NCBI GenBank assembly: GCA_964016885.1 | Contig: OZ024750.1 | Location: forward strand, 24,242,001-24,306,000 | DNA length: 64,000 nt | Source of the DNA: Eledone cirrhosa | Taxonomy: Eukaryota | Direction: 5' to 3' | In this document: positions 35,149 through 49,100 of the stretch, piece after piece | How positions within the stretch are numbered: position 1 is the stretch's first letter | How the letters are laid out: each line of letters begins with the position of its first letter | The notes under the pieces: generated by a model | What the model was told of the DNA's origin: nothing | The model's database searches: none | What the model saw: the letters and a program-made list of their open reading frames with translations, nothing else | Position numbers and translations under genes: made by a program

Positions 35149-37645
35149 ATGGATATTTAGGGACTTAATCAGTATGACATGAAGAAATTGAATATAATCA
35201 CTAGAATTGGGAAACCAGTGATAACCTACATCAGCTTGAATCAGATTAGAATTAAAAATGGGGTCATGCTGTTGTTGAGATGAAGTAATGATTAAAACCT
35301 CACATTTTAGGTGTGATCCTTCATCAGAGAATAACAATTTGTGTCAGAAAAAGTACAATCAGTTTCTAGGAGTAAATAAAGATGATTACTGAAATGGTCA
35401 CATGGTTAAGAGGTTTGCTTTGTAATGATTAGGTTCTGGGTTTGATATCACTGTGTGGCCTTTTGAGTAAATTTGCCATAGCCTCTGGTTGACCTATGCC
35501 TTGTGAGTGAAATTGGGTAGATGGAAACTGTTTGGAAACCAGTCTGGTGGACTAAAAGGGTAAAGGGTAAAGACCCCCTTCAGTCACAAATGACCTTGGG
35601 ATTTGAACCTAGAAAGTTCTCCAAGGCACAAGTCTGGGCGAGGTTGTTTTGGAAGACCAGCAATCGCTCAGGCATACCAGTCTTCTCTGTCTATGCCACC
35701 GATGTTGTCCAAGGCAAAGGCCGATACAGCTTGGCACCAGTGATGTTGCAACTCATTTCTACAGCTGAGTGAACTGAAGCAACATGAAATAAAGTGTCTT
35801 GCTCAAGAACACAACACAAAGCCCAGTCTGAGAATGGAACTCACAACCTCATGATTGTAAACCCGATGCTCTAACCACTTCCAATTAAAGGGACTATCCT
35901 TGCCATATACTGTGTCCTGTTGAATCTCTGTGAATTGTTAAGGGGACACATGTCCGAGGAATGCTTAGCCATTTGCATGTTGATTTCATGGGCTGGCTGT
36001 TCCAGTGATCAAGCTGGAACACCTTTCATCAAAATTGATAGTTCCATCATATATTATTTTTACTAAAGTAATTGTCTGCATTAGAAATCTATTTTAAAAG
36101 TGGATGTAGATGTGTTATGACATAAAACAGCAAGGAACATTTTAATAAGGCCAATCAGAGAAAAAAGTGGTTACAACAAAATATTCGAAAGAAGTTAACA
36201 CAAACGTCTGTTTTCATTGGTGACAGAATTATTTTCTTTCTTTAGAAAAAGGAAGCTATAGGATTCTTGTAGCTAAAGTATACTCAGAGTGGGATTTATG
36301 TATAAGCTAAACAAGCTATAGCTTCGGGCCCCCACTTTCTTGGGGCTCTGAAAAAATTGAAAAAAAACGGTGTGTACATTTCCAAAATATAAGATAAAAA
36401 AGAACTAAAATAATGCAATAGTTTTAAACAGTTTTCTGCTTTAATATTGAACGTTTTGCAGTTTTTATAACATATAAAGGCCCCCCCCCCCCATTATCTC
36501 AAATAGCTTAGGGCCAGATTTAGATTTGATGAGGCCCTGAGTATACTATAAAGCAGAATTATAGAGTAAACAAAGTAAACATAAAAAAAAAGATGGGATT
36601 TTTATGACCTGTAGTATGTGGGGTAAAGAAGATACTGTATGGAGTTAGGTAGTTGTAGGCATTGTGTGTGAAAATAATGTTACTAAAATATGAAAATTAA
36701 ATTAAGTATTGTCTAAGTCTTTATAGTCTAGTGGTAAGACATAGAACCAGGGAATGCTGTGGTTGGCTTTCAAATCAACTTATTATAACTTTATTTTTGT
36801 CTAAGTATTGTGAGTTTTTAGTGAACAGTTTTGAACAGGTGTTGAAAGAAATAGTTGTACTAACTTGAGAGTTCTTTTACTAATTAAATGACTGAAGAGT
36901 CAATTTTTAAAACACGGATCAACATTGTCAACAATAGACTGGTAAAATAAGTTAGTGAAGATAAAATTCATACATATTGTCAAGTTTGAGTTCTAATTAC
37001 AAGTAAATATTATAAATTTTTATAGTAGTAGTAATACAATAGCTGAGTAGATATGTTGAATTAATCACTCGATAGTATTGTGTTCAAATCTGCTGCAGGC
37101 ATTTCATTGTCTCTGAAGAAGACATTTAGGGTATTATTTCACCAAACTGTGGAGAAGAGGTAATAATACTTTTGCATCTTATGTCTATCAAGCTGATGTA
37201 TTTTATCTGCCATTGAACTGACATCAGGAAATCAGGTATAAGCATTTACATTTTATTATCTAGAATAATAGATTAGAATAGAATTATATCTCTAGCTTGT
37301 TTTAAATTCTTTAAAATTAGCATTAATTACAGTACTTTCATATGTTACAGAAGATAAATTGTTTGTTATATTTTTTTAAATTTTAATCTGTTAAATTTAT
37401 GATTTTGTCAAAGTAACAGACTATGTTAATAATGTACATAAAGATGCTAACAGCAGCGATGTTACTGTAAAGGTTGATGTTAGAAATATATGACAATAAA
37501 TAACCAGTATCGCGAGTGATTGTTAATGGATTGGCAGTATCGGTAGAGGGTCGGATGCCATGCTTTGGAACAAAGAGTTACGGCCCTTTGCGGTCTGAGT
37601 TCAAATCCTGCCGAGGTTAGACTTGACTTTCATCCTTACAGGGTC

Positions 37646-38101
37646 GATAAAATAAAGCACCAGTAATGCACTGGGTTGATTTAATCGACATTCCCCTCCC
37701 AAAATTTGTTGGCTTTATGCCTAATTCAAAAACCATTATTAATTACCATCAACCCTATAAGGATAAAATAAAGCACCAGTAATGCACTGAGGTTGATTTA
37801 ATCGACATTCCCCTCCCAAAATTTGTTGGCTTTATGCCTAATTCAAAAACCATTATTAATTACCATCAACCCTATAAGGATGAAATAAAGCACCAGTAAT
37901 GCACTGAGGTTGATTTAATCGACATTCCCCTCCCAAAATTTGTTGGCCTTGTGCCTAATTCAAAAACCATTATTAATTACCATCAACCCTATAAGGATGA
38001 AATAAAACACCAGTAATGCACTGGGGTTGATTTAATTGACATTCCCCTCCCAAAATTTGTTGGCCTTGTGCCTAATTCAAAAACCATTATTAATTACCAT
38101 C
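37646..38101. repeat. Tandem amplification (about 117 bp x 4) of a SINE 3' end
   Basis: AAATAAA(G/A)CACCAGTAATGCACTG...AAAACCATTATTAATTACCATC recurs near 37646, 37762, 37879 and 37996. Confidence 0.9.
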
Positions 38102-41100
38102 AGACTTAACATTAAATGGTTGATTAAATTTTATATCTGTCATCTATAACTTGAGTGAATCATTGGAGAAATGACAAATCTATGCTTATTAGTAGAGTAT
38201 ATGTATTTCTTGATTCAGTGTTATTTTTGATATTTTTCATTTGAATCTTATCTATTGTTGAATTTGACATGTGGGTCAAGATCTTTGCTCTACTTCATAA
38301 AGTAAAAGCTCAGCTACATTATTATATCTTATTCTTAACATCTTTAAACTTTATCATATCTTTTACATAAACTAAACTTCTCCCACTCACTCAGAATTAT
38401 TGTCACTATATTAAACAATTCATGTTGAATATTGTAAACATTTTGAAAAAAAAAATTCATTTTTACAGTTTAACCCTTTAGCATTTAAACTGGCCATATC
38501 TGGTCAGAATTCTCTCATCTCTTTCCTTTGAAACTGGCTGTAACCAGTCACCCGTACTGATGTTAAGGTATTGTTCTCAAAATAAATATCAATCTCATAG
38601 CTTCGATATGTGGGATAATTATGAGAGATAAAGTGTTTACCATGAAAATACAATAGTAAATATAGAGTAATGTAAATGCTAAAGGGTTAAACAATTTTAT
38701 ATACTAAATTCTGACTTGCAAGAAAATTATTTTTTGAATTTTAAATGCTTCATTCATATTTTGCAGAGCATATTACTCTGTCAGTTATTTGTTTTGATAA
38801 GTGTCCTGATTTCAGTTTTGATGTAACTTTTATTTCCTTCACTCTGGGAGGGTTATAAACACCAAAATTATTCATTTTCTTTTCTTTAACTCTAAGGTTT
38901 CACATCTTATTGAGAAACCATAACTGACAGTGAAGATTGGTTTTGGAAATAAAGATCTGGACTGAGTGCTATATGGCACTTCAGTATCTCTCATTTCTGA
39001 ATTAGAATCCTACCAAGGCTTACTTTGTCCTTGGTCATACATAGGAACTGATAAAATAAATAGCAGGCAATTAACACAAGTTTGCTAAATATATTGGCCT
39101 TGTGCCTCATCAAAAGAAATCATTATTTATGTTTGTTCTGTAATCTTGTAATCTGAATGGTTGTGATATCAAATATTTGGTTCTTTCTTTCGGCTTCTCT
39201 ATAATTAACCATTACATACTTTTTTCTTCTACAACCTGATCATAGGCGCTGAGCTTGCGAGATGGAATGGCTCTTCCAGTGCATCTCCATTCTGTCTGTC
39301 GGGGCAGTGGGACCCCCATTGCTCATAATAGTAAAAGTGGGTTAGTGAGAGATGGAGGCGATGACAGTGGGAGTTCGGCTCCTGTGTTTGGACCTGGTGT
39401 CCAAACAAATTGTAAAAAGCTTTACAAAACGCGTAGTTAAAAGTCACTACTAGGGGATAAACAAGATATCAGGTATTTTTCATTCAGTGATTGATTATAC
39501 TAGAATGTGTTTTTTTTTTTTTTTTTTTTTAAATCAACTATTTACTACTATTTGTCTAATCCATGCTTGTATGGAGAAATAGACATTAAATGTTTATTTT
39601 AAAAATATTACTTTTGTTTGTTCACTTCAGATATTAGAGTAGTTTTCCCCCAGCATTTGTGGCAATTAGATTCCTAGAGCACCCGCAAAGAGTGAAAAAC
39701 CACACATTTTGGACATGGTCTATAAAAATAAAATATGATGAAAAAAAAGAGGGAGTGTCTTATGCAAAGGGGCGTCCATTAGGCCAGCAAATATGGTATA
39801 ATAATTTAGCATGGAAGATATTTACGATTGTGAATATGCAGTGGTTTCCATAAATAATTGTTAGGTTCTAAGGAAAATTCCACGAATGCTGGGGGTACTG
39901 TATATAATTATTGCCAAGAAAAAATTGCTTCCATTTCTAGTTTTCTAATATTTTAAGCAACATTGATAACTATTTTGTTTTACTTTGATTAAAAGTCATA
40001 GGGATGTCTTTATATCACTATATCTAAGATATTTGTTGAAAATACTTTTAATGATTTTAGTTGTAACTACATTTTCAGATGGAAATTTACAGTGTTTTCT
40101 GCTTTTCCCACTTTTTAACATAAAGTAGATTAAACATTGGCAATTCTATTATAACTTTAACCCTTTCAGAACCATATTTTCTCTGAAAGATACTGCTTGT
40201 TATTTTTAATTAATTTTGACTTATTTAGTAACGTAACAGATTTTCGCATTAAGTTGGTGATTGAAACATAATTGAACAAAGTATTTACATAAAATTATAA
40301 TGGAATCTTATACTTTGGGAGGGTCATGTACCTGTTGGTTTTCATTTCAATTTATTATAAATTTCTGGTTGGTTGGTTGGATAACCAGAAGGTTGTTTAT
40401 ATATTGTCAAAGCTCTTTCGTCACACATTGACCTCCTCAGTGACTAGGTTTTTATTTTGTCTCTCCTACACCATCTTTTTGTGTATAATGGAATGTTTTT
40501 AGATAAATATAAACTCTTAAAAAAACATGTTAATATAGAAATGGAGGCAGTTTGGTATCAAAAGGGTTGCTAGATATATGCTTCTACTTGTGAATTAAAC
40601 ATTTTTGTATTTTTTTCCAAATGTGAACAAACTAGCTAAAAGATAGATCCTAAGTTTTTATGAACTCTAAAAATCTAAGTGGGTTATATTCAAATCTGAT
40701 TTTCATGTAAACCAGTTATCACTTTTTCTGAAATTTTGTTCAGAATTTTTTTTTTTTTTAATTTCAAATTTCCTGTATCTACACAATTATGTACATCATC
40801 ATTGTTTAACGTCTATCTTCCACGCTAGCATGGGTTAGATGGGTGACCATGTCTCGCTCATATAGGACTTTTGGGCTGGTTTTCTATGGCTAGATGCCCT
40901 TCTAACGCCAACCACATTTACAGTGTGTGCAGGGTGTTTGTCGTGACACCTACACAATCTGTATCAATATTTTTACTGAAAAGTATTGGATTTATATATA
41001 TGTATATAATTTAGGGTTTTATTTAAACTAAAAACAATTCTCTGAATTCTGAGCAACATACCGTTACATATTCACTATTTAATACAGAGGGAAATAAATT

Positions 41101-43780
41101 AATAGTCAGCATATATTGGTTTTGAGTTTATCAAAAACTGATTGAGATAAGTGTAAATTTGCTTACCTACCCAGACTGATCAGAGAACAATGTGTCTACC
41201 TAGAGCTCACCCAGATGTGTCTACCCTTTATGCTGGATGAAGAGAAATAGGCCCACACTGTTAAAGAAGCAGACCCTGTCCCTAATACCCTTCCACTCAT
41301 GTGACATCGCAGCTCCCATACTTCCAGCAAGCGCCCCCCCCCCCCCCCCCCATATTTATGTATGCCCACAAGGTGACTGTGTCCAGTCTTTCATTCTATT
41401 TCTATTGACATTCTAATCTGGGATGGTTCTTTTCAATTTATCTTTTTTTTCTGTTGAATGTTCAGAAGTTTCTCCCATTGTTTCAATTTATTCGTTTTTT
41501 GTTATAAAATTATACTGAATCTGATTAAGAAATAAAATATTGGATATTGATTTTGCTTAATTTTTCCTTTAGAGAAATGAAGCAGCCATGCTTTGTTGGA
41601 TGTGCAATGTAAGTGAGAAAGGCAGAGCTTGGACGAAGCTGGGTTTAACCCTTTGGCATTTACATTACTCTATATATTCATTTGGTATTTTCGTGGTAAA
41701 GGGTTTATCTCTCATAATATTGAAACTGAGATTTTGATGTTATTTATTTTGAGAACAATACCTTGACATTTGTTTGAGCAGCATGTTATGCTCAGCTGAA
41801 CAGAAAGGTGAGTATTCTAAAATGTTTACATTCTTGCTTCTATCTATCTTTTTTACAACACTTCCACCACCATATAGTCCCACAAAGCTGGAATATAACA
41901 TTTTCAGAAATTGAAAAGAAAAACAAAGACTTTTTTTTTTTTATAAAACATTTTTTTGGGGGGGTGTTTTTTAATCTATTTTTCTTTTTTTTTTTAATTT
42001 TTGTTAAGTTTATTTTTTCTCTCACAATCATTTGACCTTTTTTAAAAAAAACAAACATCTGAACAAACTGATTTATACATGGATGGAAAACTATAATATA
42101 GGTTTTCTACAAACAATTGATATAGTTTATGGTATATATTGGAAGTAAATCCTCGGTGGTTTGTAAAAATATGTCTATGTACAAACCAGAGTGGCAGTTA
42201 AACCATCGTTAAGGTATTAAGTGACTCAGAGTAAAACAAGGAGAGCAATCTGTGAATCTCACAGCTGCTGTTGATTTCAGCTGAGTAAACTGGAGCAAAT
42301 TGAAATGAAGTTTTGCTCAAGGACAAGGTGTTGTCTGGTCTGGAAATTGAACCATCAACCTTATGAACAAGTCTGACACCCTGACTAATGGTTCAACATC
42401 TGGCTGGTTATTTCTACACACCCACCAAACTAAAATATTGAGAAATATAAATAACAGTTTAGAAGGGAAAACAATCTCGTTCTTCAGATAAACACTTACC
42501 AATTCAGTCATCAGAGAAAGTTGAATATTACTGCTAAATAAGTCATGACATTCTTGCTAACTTTCCCATTTAGCAATGGATGAGTTGAGATGGCCAAAGA
42601 GGGATGACCAAATAAACCACACCATATTTGGCAGAATGTTTACTGCCACAGTATTGAGTTTTCTGTTAGTATTGAGCACACTAGTGTAATATGTATATAT
42701 TTATAGTATATGATATATATAATATGAAACAATCTGCACTTTGGAAGAAGTTTTACGAGAATCACAGGGAGGATATTGCTAGTGAAACAGCAATTTATTT
42801 TTTCTTAAGGTCAGCCTGTAGTATTTTTTTTTTTTATCAGATCTTTTCTGATCCTGTGTTTTGCTCACCCAAATATTTTAAATACAATTCAATTTACAAA
42901 TGAAACCATGTTATATGAAACACACTGGAATTAGTAAGGTCTGGAGAACAGCATCTTTCTTTGGAAAAGATAACAGGCAAACCTACAAAACCAGGGATAA
43001 AAATTACAAAGAACTTGGAGTGAAATGAAAGGGAAAAGTCAAGCCTAATATAGTTGTTGATGATATGGCTATTCTAAAGTAATAAATTTTCTAGAAGTAC
43101 ATCTAAGGCCTAATGTAGTTGTTGATGATGCTATATATGGCTATTCTAAAGTGATAGTTGACAGGAAGTCAGTTTAGCAAGTGAAATGTCAAATGGTTAA
43201 GTCAGAATCTGTGCAATTTCAAATTTGCAGAGAATTTTCCAATTAATGATTATTTCAAAATCTCTGTAGAATCAATTGTCTGATATCTTAACAATCTGAT
43301 ATAGATTGAAAAGATATCAGAAATATTGTGACATGTTTATCACCCAGAGCTAGATAAGGTCTAACTGATAAAGATATCACATGGTTCATCATTCAATGCA
43401 AATTGCTCGACTCATTGCATTCAATGAGTAATCCTAACATGTGGAATGTTGCCCCATGTTGTTAATCAAACACATGACTACAGTAGATTCAAAATATGCC
43501 AATATCTCATATAGACATGTTATATTGATATTAATCATCTTCTGTGTCATTTCTTGATCCAGTTTCTCAGTAGTATTGCCAGAATCTCAGACATTAACAA
43601 CTTTGGACATAACAAAATGCATGCTACTGACTACCAATTACATCTACATCACACACAGGATACGTACTGATAGAATCAGTTGACAAATTAAGTTAAACCT
43701 AACAGTCACGAATCATCATCATCATTTGCCTGTATTATCAGATCTGATAATTTATGTTAATAAAGCTAGATTTAAAGATA

Positions 43781-43860
43781 CCTGTAAAAGATAGTTACCA
43801 ATTCATAGGTGTCCCCTTTTTGTGCAGTGACACCATGTTCTGATATGGCCTTAATAAACA
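43781..43860 (-). pseudogene. Decayed copy of part of the PDZ exon 55569-55739
   Basis: CCTGTAAAAGATAGTTACCAATTCATAGGTGTCC...TCTGATATGGCCTTAATAAACA aligns to 55568-55645; CGG changed to TGA and a 2-nt insertion. Confidence 0.8.
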
Positions 43861-45497
43861 AGATTTGATAAATATTAGAGCAATAATTTTAAAACTCCCA
43901 TTTCATATAACTAGAACATAATCTTTAGAAATATACCACCCTTTGCAGGCAATGCCTCCTTCTATAACATAGTGGGTTGTTACTCAGCCCTTTTAACATA
44001 TGTAGTTTAATTGCTGCTGATAAAATGGTAAATCTTAACATTGAGACCTTCAACTCAGGTTTCCAAAGACCCCAAAACACAACCTTATATCACAACCAAA
44101 TACAGCACGGCTGGGCTATTTTTTTTTTTAGTTCTTGTTCTGTAAACTCCTGCCTGGTGATGTGGTCGGAAGATAGAATAAACAATGGCAAGACCACTGG
44201 AAACATTTTCCTTAGTCTCAGCTCCTTTCCTTTTTTTGTTCTATAAAACATAACCTTGCTTTCAAAGCCAAAGGTGATGTTGTGGCAAGTATGAAGTTTC
44301 TAAAACATGTCTTAACTTGTGCTGCTTTTTGAAGAAAAACTAAAATTTGTAACAACCAATGAATAAATAGTTCCTTACAAAAAAAAATCTGAGTTTTGGT
44401 TCTGTGATAGGTAACAGCAGTGATTGTCTATTGCTGAAGAAAACCATAGAGTCCCATTGAGTTTACCATTCCTTAATTCTTCACTTTACATGTCTATGCT
44501 ATTGCATGAATAAGAAACAGTCCAATAGTGTACAGACTAGCAGAGATCATCATCAACAACAGCATCAGTGTTTTACAACCACTTTCCTTGCTAGCAGCAG
44601 TAGTGTACAGACCAGCAGAGATCATCATCATCAACATGATCAGTCAGTGCTTTATGTCCACTTTCCTTACTAGCAGAATTACTGGCTTAAACTATTTTCC
44701 CCAACAATAACCGAAACGACAAGCATCAATGTAATTTTTAACCGAAAGGCGTTGTAACAGTTGTATTTAGGGTAATTCATAATGAAGTTTACAGGGGAGA
44801 TTTGGGATAAAAAATCCCTCAGATGCTGGTAAAAACCAATATTAAAAGTGCAAATGGTTTTCTTTCAAGATAGAAAATATTTAATAAAAACAACTACAGT
44901 TTGTGCCCAAACAAACAGAATGTGAAGACTGGATTGAGTAATAAATACATTTAAAATGTGTGTATATATACAGAACTTCATGCAACAGAAGTATTCCTAG
45001 CATTGTTTAACCAAAAACAGTTATTGACTTACATCTATTTTCCCATGTTTACATGGATTGAATAGAGTTTGGTCAGATTTGTAGCTGTTAAGTGTTGCAG
45101 GGTTATCACCACTGACACTTTCTGATGAGTGCCTTACTCAAAGACACAATGCATCACCCAATCTGGGAATTGAACACACAAACCACTAGACCACGAATCT
45201 TCATTTGTTAGTTAACACGGGTTATAAATTTGTTCATTCTCTGAATGGTTAAATACAGAATCAACAGTCCTGAGAATGACATAATGCTACACTGCCAAAC
45301 AGTAAACACACTAAACTGTAAATATTTCAGAACAACTAAAGCTGAGTAATGTCTGTCTACCATGAGAAACTATGCAGTTCAGCTTTGAACAGAGAAAACC
45401 CAGTAGGATGACTGCAGTAATAAATATGTCCAGTACATTTACATGATTACAACCTGAAGTAGAAGTAGTCAACTGTTGGTGGGTTGGGGTTTGTGTG

Positions 45498-45531
<34 letters not shown>

Positions 45532-45672
45532 ATTCTAAATGATAAAAATATTTGTGAACACTTTTTATGAGATTTGGTCAAATTAAGAAAAAGAAATAAA
45601 CTTAAAATATATATTTCAAACCAACAGAAATGAATGTGGTTTAATGAAATGATAAAGGGAATATCCCTCGAG

Positions 45673-46066
45673 TACATCAGTTCTCGATGATTCACAGGAG
45701 GGGCATTTCCCTGAATGCATAAGTCTCAGGTCTCGTTAACCTGAGAGTCTCTGTACTTCAGGTTTGGTTAAACCCGCAAAGGAGGAAATTCTCAATACTA
45801 AAGAAATACATTGGGGTCTTCACGAAGAAGACTTTCTCAGTATGAGAAGCACATCAGGTCTATTTAACCTGCGTGGGAAGAATTCTCTACATTAGGTACA
45901 GTTAACCTGTGAGAGTAGAGATTTCTTTATAAGAAATACATCAGGTCTAGATAACCAGCAAGGGCAGAGATCTACATATAAGTCCACATCAGATCTAGTT
46001 AACCTGTGAGGACAAAGATCTCTATATATAAAGAAATACATCAGGTCTAGTTAACCTGCATGGGAG
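45673..46066. repeat. Degenerate tandem array (about 9 units of 30-53 bp) with conserved core CAGGTCTAGTTAACCTG, directly 3' of the PTPN13-like stop codon
   Basis: Units start near 45673, 45725, 45754, 45807, 45850, 45888, 45937, 45985 and 46037. Confidence 0.8.
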
Positions 46067-46096
46067 AAGTATGACCAGCGCCTGGACTGTACAACA

Positions 46097-46153
46097 TCAA
46101 AACAGTTTTTGGACGGCTTGAAGTGATGCCTTGTAGCAGATGCTATACAGGTC
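46097..46153 (-). CDS. PTPN13-like terminal coding exon
   Basis: DLYSICYKASLQAVQKLF*, matching the usual EQYxFCY helix. Confidence 0.82.
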   Translation of the reverse strand, partial: DLYSICYKASLQAVQKLF

Positions 46154-49100
46154 CTAGAAAATATAGAAAAAAATTAGTTGGTTTTAGGAAGCTACAACAC
46201 TGTAAACAGAACTATAAATATTGAGGTAATAAGGCAGAAAAAGAAGGGTACAAAAATAGCAAAAAAAGTGGGGGGGGGGGGGGGGGGGTTGGAATGTTAC
46301 TGGGAGAAATATTTAATGAAGTTGGAATGTTACCTGGTCAAACTATTTACAAAAATAGGAAACAATTCACTAAAAGCTATTATCAAGGTTAGGAACTTTT
46401 AGAGCAACATGCCCTACCTCAACATCTAAAAAATTGTTATCTCTCTCTTAGACATGAAAACAGCAATGATCAACTGCAAAGTGTAAACAAATCGGTGTAT
46501 AAGTCGTGCCTAATGCACAACAACATATGGAGGAGGTGAGACAGGAATGTGCACCAAAGTTGCCTTGGTTTAAAAGTAATAAAGTAAAACCTGAGGTTTG
46601 TTCTCATTAACATCATTTTCAAATGGCCCCCTTAAATATTCAAATTGCCCCCCCCCCCCCCTCTCCCGTTTTCGATCCTTACAAATACAGGGGTGAAAAT
46701 AACAGGATAGGTGAAGAGACAGGAGAGGTAGGTTGATAGAGGTGAGATAACATGATAGGTAAGAAGGAAACAATTTTTAAGGGACAGTTTTAAAAAGGCT
46801 ATAAATTCAAAATTGAAGATCTTGATATTATGGTTAAGTTCTTAAGTTTGAAAACGAATCAACTCACCTCAGTCTCAACCATGTGTGGTCTCTGTAGACG
46901 CAAGTCACTTACAATATCAAATATATTAAACTGCAACAAAAACACAGGTTACATGTCTGAATTATACATCATCATCATTGTTATAATTAATCATATATTT
47001 AGACATCATCATCATAAGGAATTTGTAGTTTACTTGAAGCATTGTATATGGTATAAAGAATTTGAAGTTTGAAAGCCACGACAATGTGGGTTTGGATGGA
47101 AAATAATCAATTGTAAGAAACAGGGTTGTTTTTTACATTAATTTATTGATATGTCCTGATATTTCGAGATTAATATCTCTTCTTCTGAGGAAAATAAAGG
47201 AACTATTCTAGTGTCCTTCCAGCCGGCATGGTATAGCAAGCCACATCGGACACTGGAATAATTCCTTTATATTCCTCGGAAAAAGAGATATTAATCTCGA
47301 AATATCAAAACATATGAATAAATTAAGGTAAAGCAACAACCCCTGTTTCTCACAATTGATTATTTTCTGTCCAAACCTGCATTGTTGTGGCTTTCAAACT
47401 TCAAATTCTTTATCATCATCATCATAGTTTATAATTGTCCCTACAGTGGGTATCTGGTTTAGAATAGGTACACTGTAACTGTGTGTCTTGTTGGAGGTAA
47501 CTAAAAGGGTTAATACCAGGAAGGGTACTTTTTTTATCTTTGTTTATTGTAATTGCAAAGTAATCCAGCTCAGAATAGGTAAACTATATCCCTGCATGTC
47601 ATAAAAGGTGACAAATAGGGTTGATATCAGGATGGGAATTCAGCTGCAAAACATTGCCTCAAAAATGACCCTGTGATATGTATGAAGCCTTTCATGGGGT
47701 CCACAAGGCTAACCCCCTGTCTGTAGCTAGGAAGATGACTTTAAAACGATTGTTGTTGTTGTTGTTTTACTCATGTATAACTAACTGTTCAAGAACACCC
47801 CTCAATAAAACAATGGAAATAAGTCACATATAAATGCAGAGATAGATTATGTTGGAAATGAGAGACCTGCAAACCTCAGAAGTTTGGTTGATAAATGCAG
47901 AGATAGACTATATTGAAAACAACAGATCTCCTGGCTCTTCAGAAGAAAAGGAACATAAGTGAACTGAATTTTTGAAAAATTATAAATAATTTACCTTGAT
48001 ATTGTTTTGTATATGGATAACAGCCACATCAACAGCAATAACAATAGCTGAGAGAGTACTGCCACTATCACAGTGTATAACGATTGTATCACTACTATGG
48101 TCCTCTTCAGGTAATGAGGAGCTGAGGTGGCGATAATGTTGAATTGTCTGCACAAACTGTTAGTAAAATATAATACAATATTACATATAACATATAATAA
48201 CCAAGAATTTAGAGGGATTTAGTAATATAATAAACTTTCTCATTATTAAATTGATATTTGGAACATAACTTAAAATTTCTTACATAACATTATGATGGAA
48301 AATTTTTAGATAGATATAAACACTTTACCATATTTTTATTGAAAGGCATTGCCTGTCATTTTCAAATAGTTTTGAAAGATTTAATAATATAACAAATTTT
48401 CTTAAGTTGATGTTTGGAACGTAACTTAACATACGTTCTTACAAAGATTTGCAATGGAAGGTTTTTAGGTAAATGTAAACACTTTAAAATTAACAGTTTT
48501 GTAACATAGAATCTGGGGCAGTTTCATGTGGTTTGGTATCAAAAGGGATAAAGTTTTACAAAATAAAACAAATATAATTTCTAAGAGAGTATTTCCATTA
48601 GACTTGGTCATTAACTGAGGAGTGTTTACTGACCAGTTTTATAACCAGGTCAATGAGACAGAACCTGGTTGTAAAGTAAGGAGTGCCTGTATATTACAGA
48701 CAATAACAAGCAATAGACACCACATTTACCTGCAAAAATGAATCAATATCTAGATCAGTGATGTTATATGGCCAGGATCTATAAACCAGGTGGATTATTT
48801 CACTATCATGGCTGTCATTTTTAGCAGAGACAATCAACTTCTCAATATCAAAGTGTGGGTGACGGAATTTCTCTTTGATTTTGATTTGATATCTGCAAAA
48901 AGAGAGAATGGAAATTTTTTTAGTAAATATATAAAAAAAAAAACCCCAAAACGGTATTATTATATATATTTTTTCCTTACACAACCCAATCAACTATAAA
49001 ATACAAGCTTAACCCTTTAGCATTTAAACCGGCTGTATCCAGCCAGAATTCTCTCACCTCTTTCTGTTCAAACAGGCCGTAACTGGCCACTAATACTTAT

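Noticed and set aside
34300-43700. Possible third gene in the intergenic interval
   Set aside because: Only short ORFs without recognisable motifs, mostly overlapping SINEs and MITEs; no consistent exon chain found by eye, though non-coding transcripts cannot be excluded.
45122-45145. CTGATGAGT...ACTCAAAG hammerhead-like core
   Set aside because: No GAAA box and no stem I or III; consistent with chance.
45673-46066. Palindromic repeat plus variable spacer pattern resembling a CRISPR array
   Set aside because: Eukaryotic intron-containing context with no cas genes; repeats are degenerate, and spacers are irregular and partly homologous to one another.
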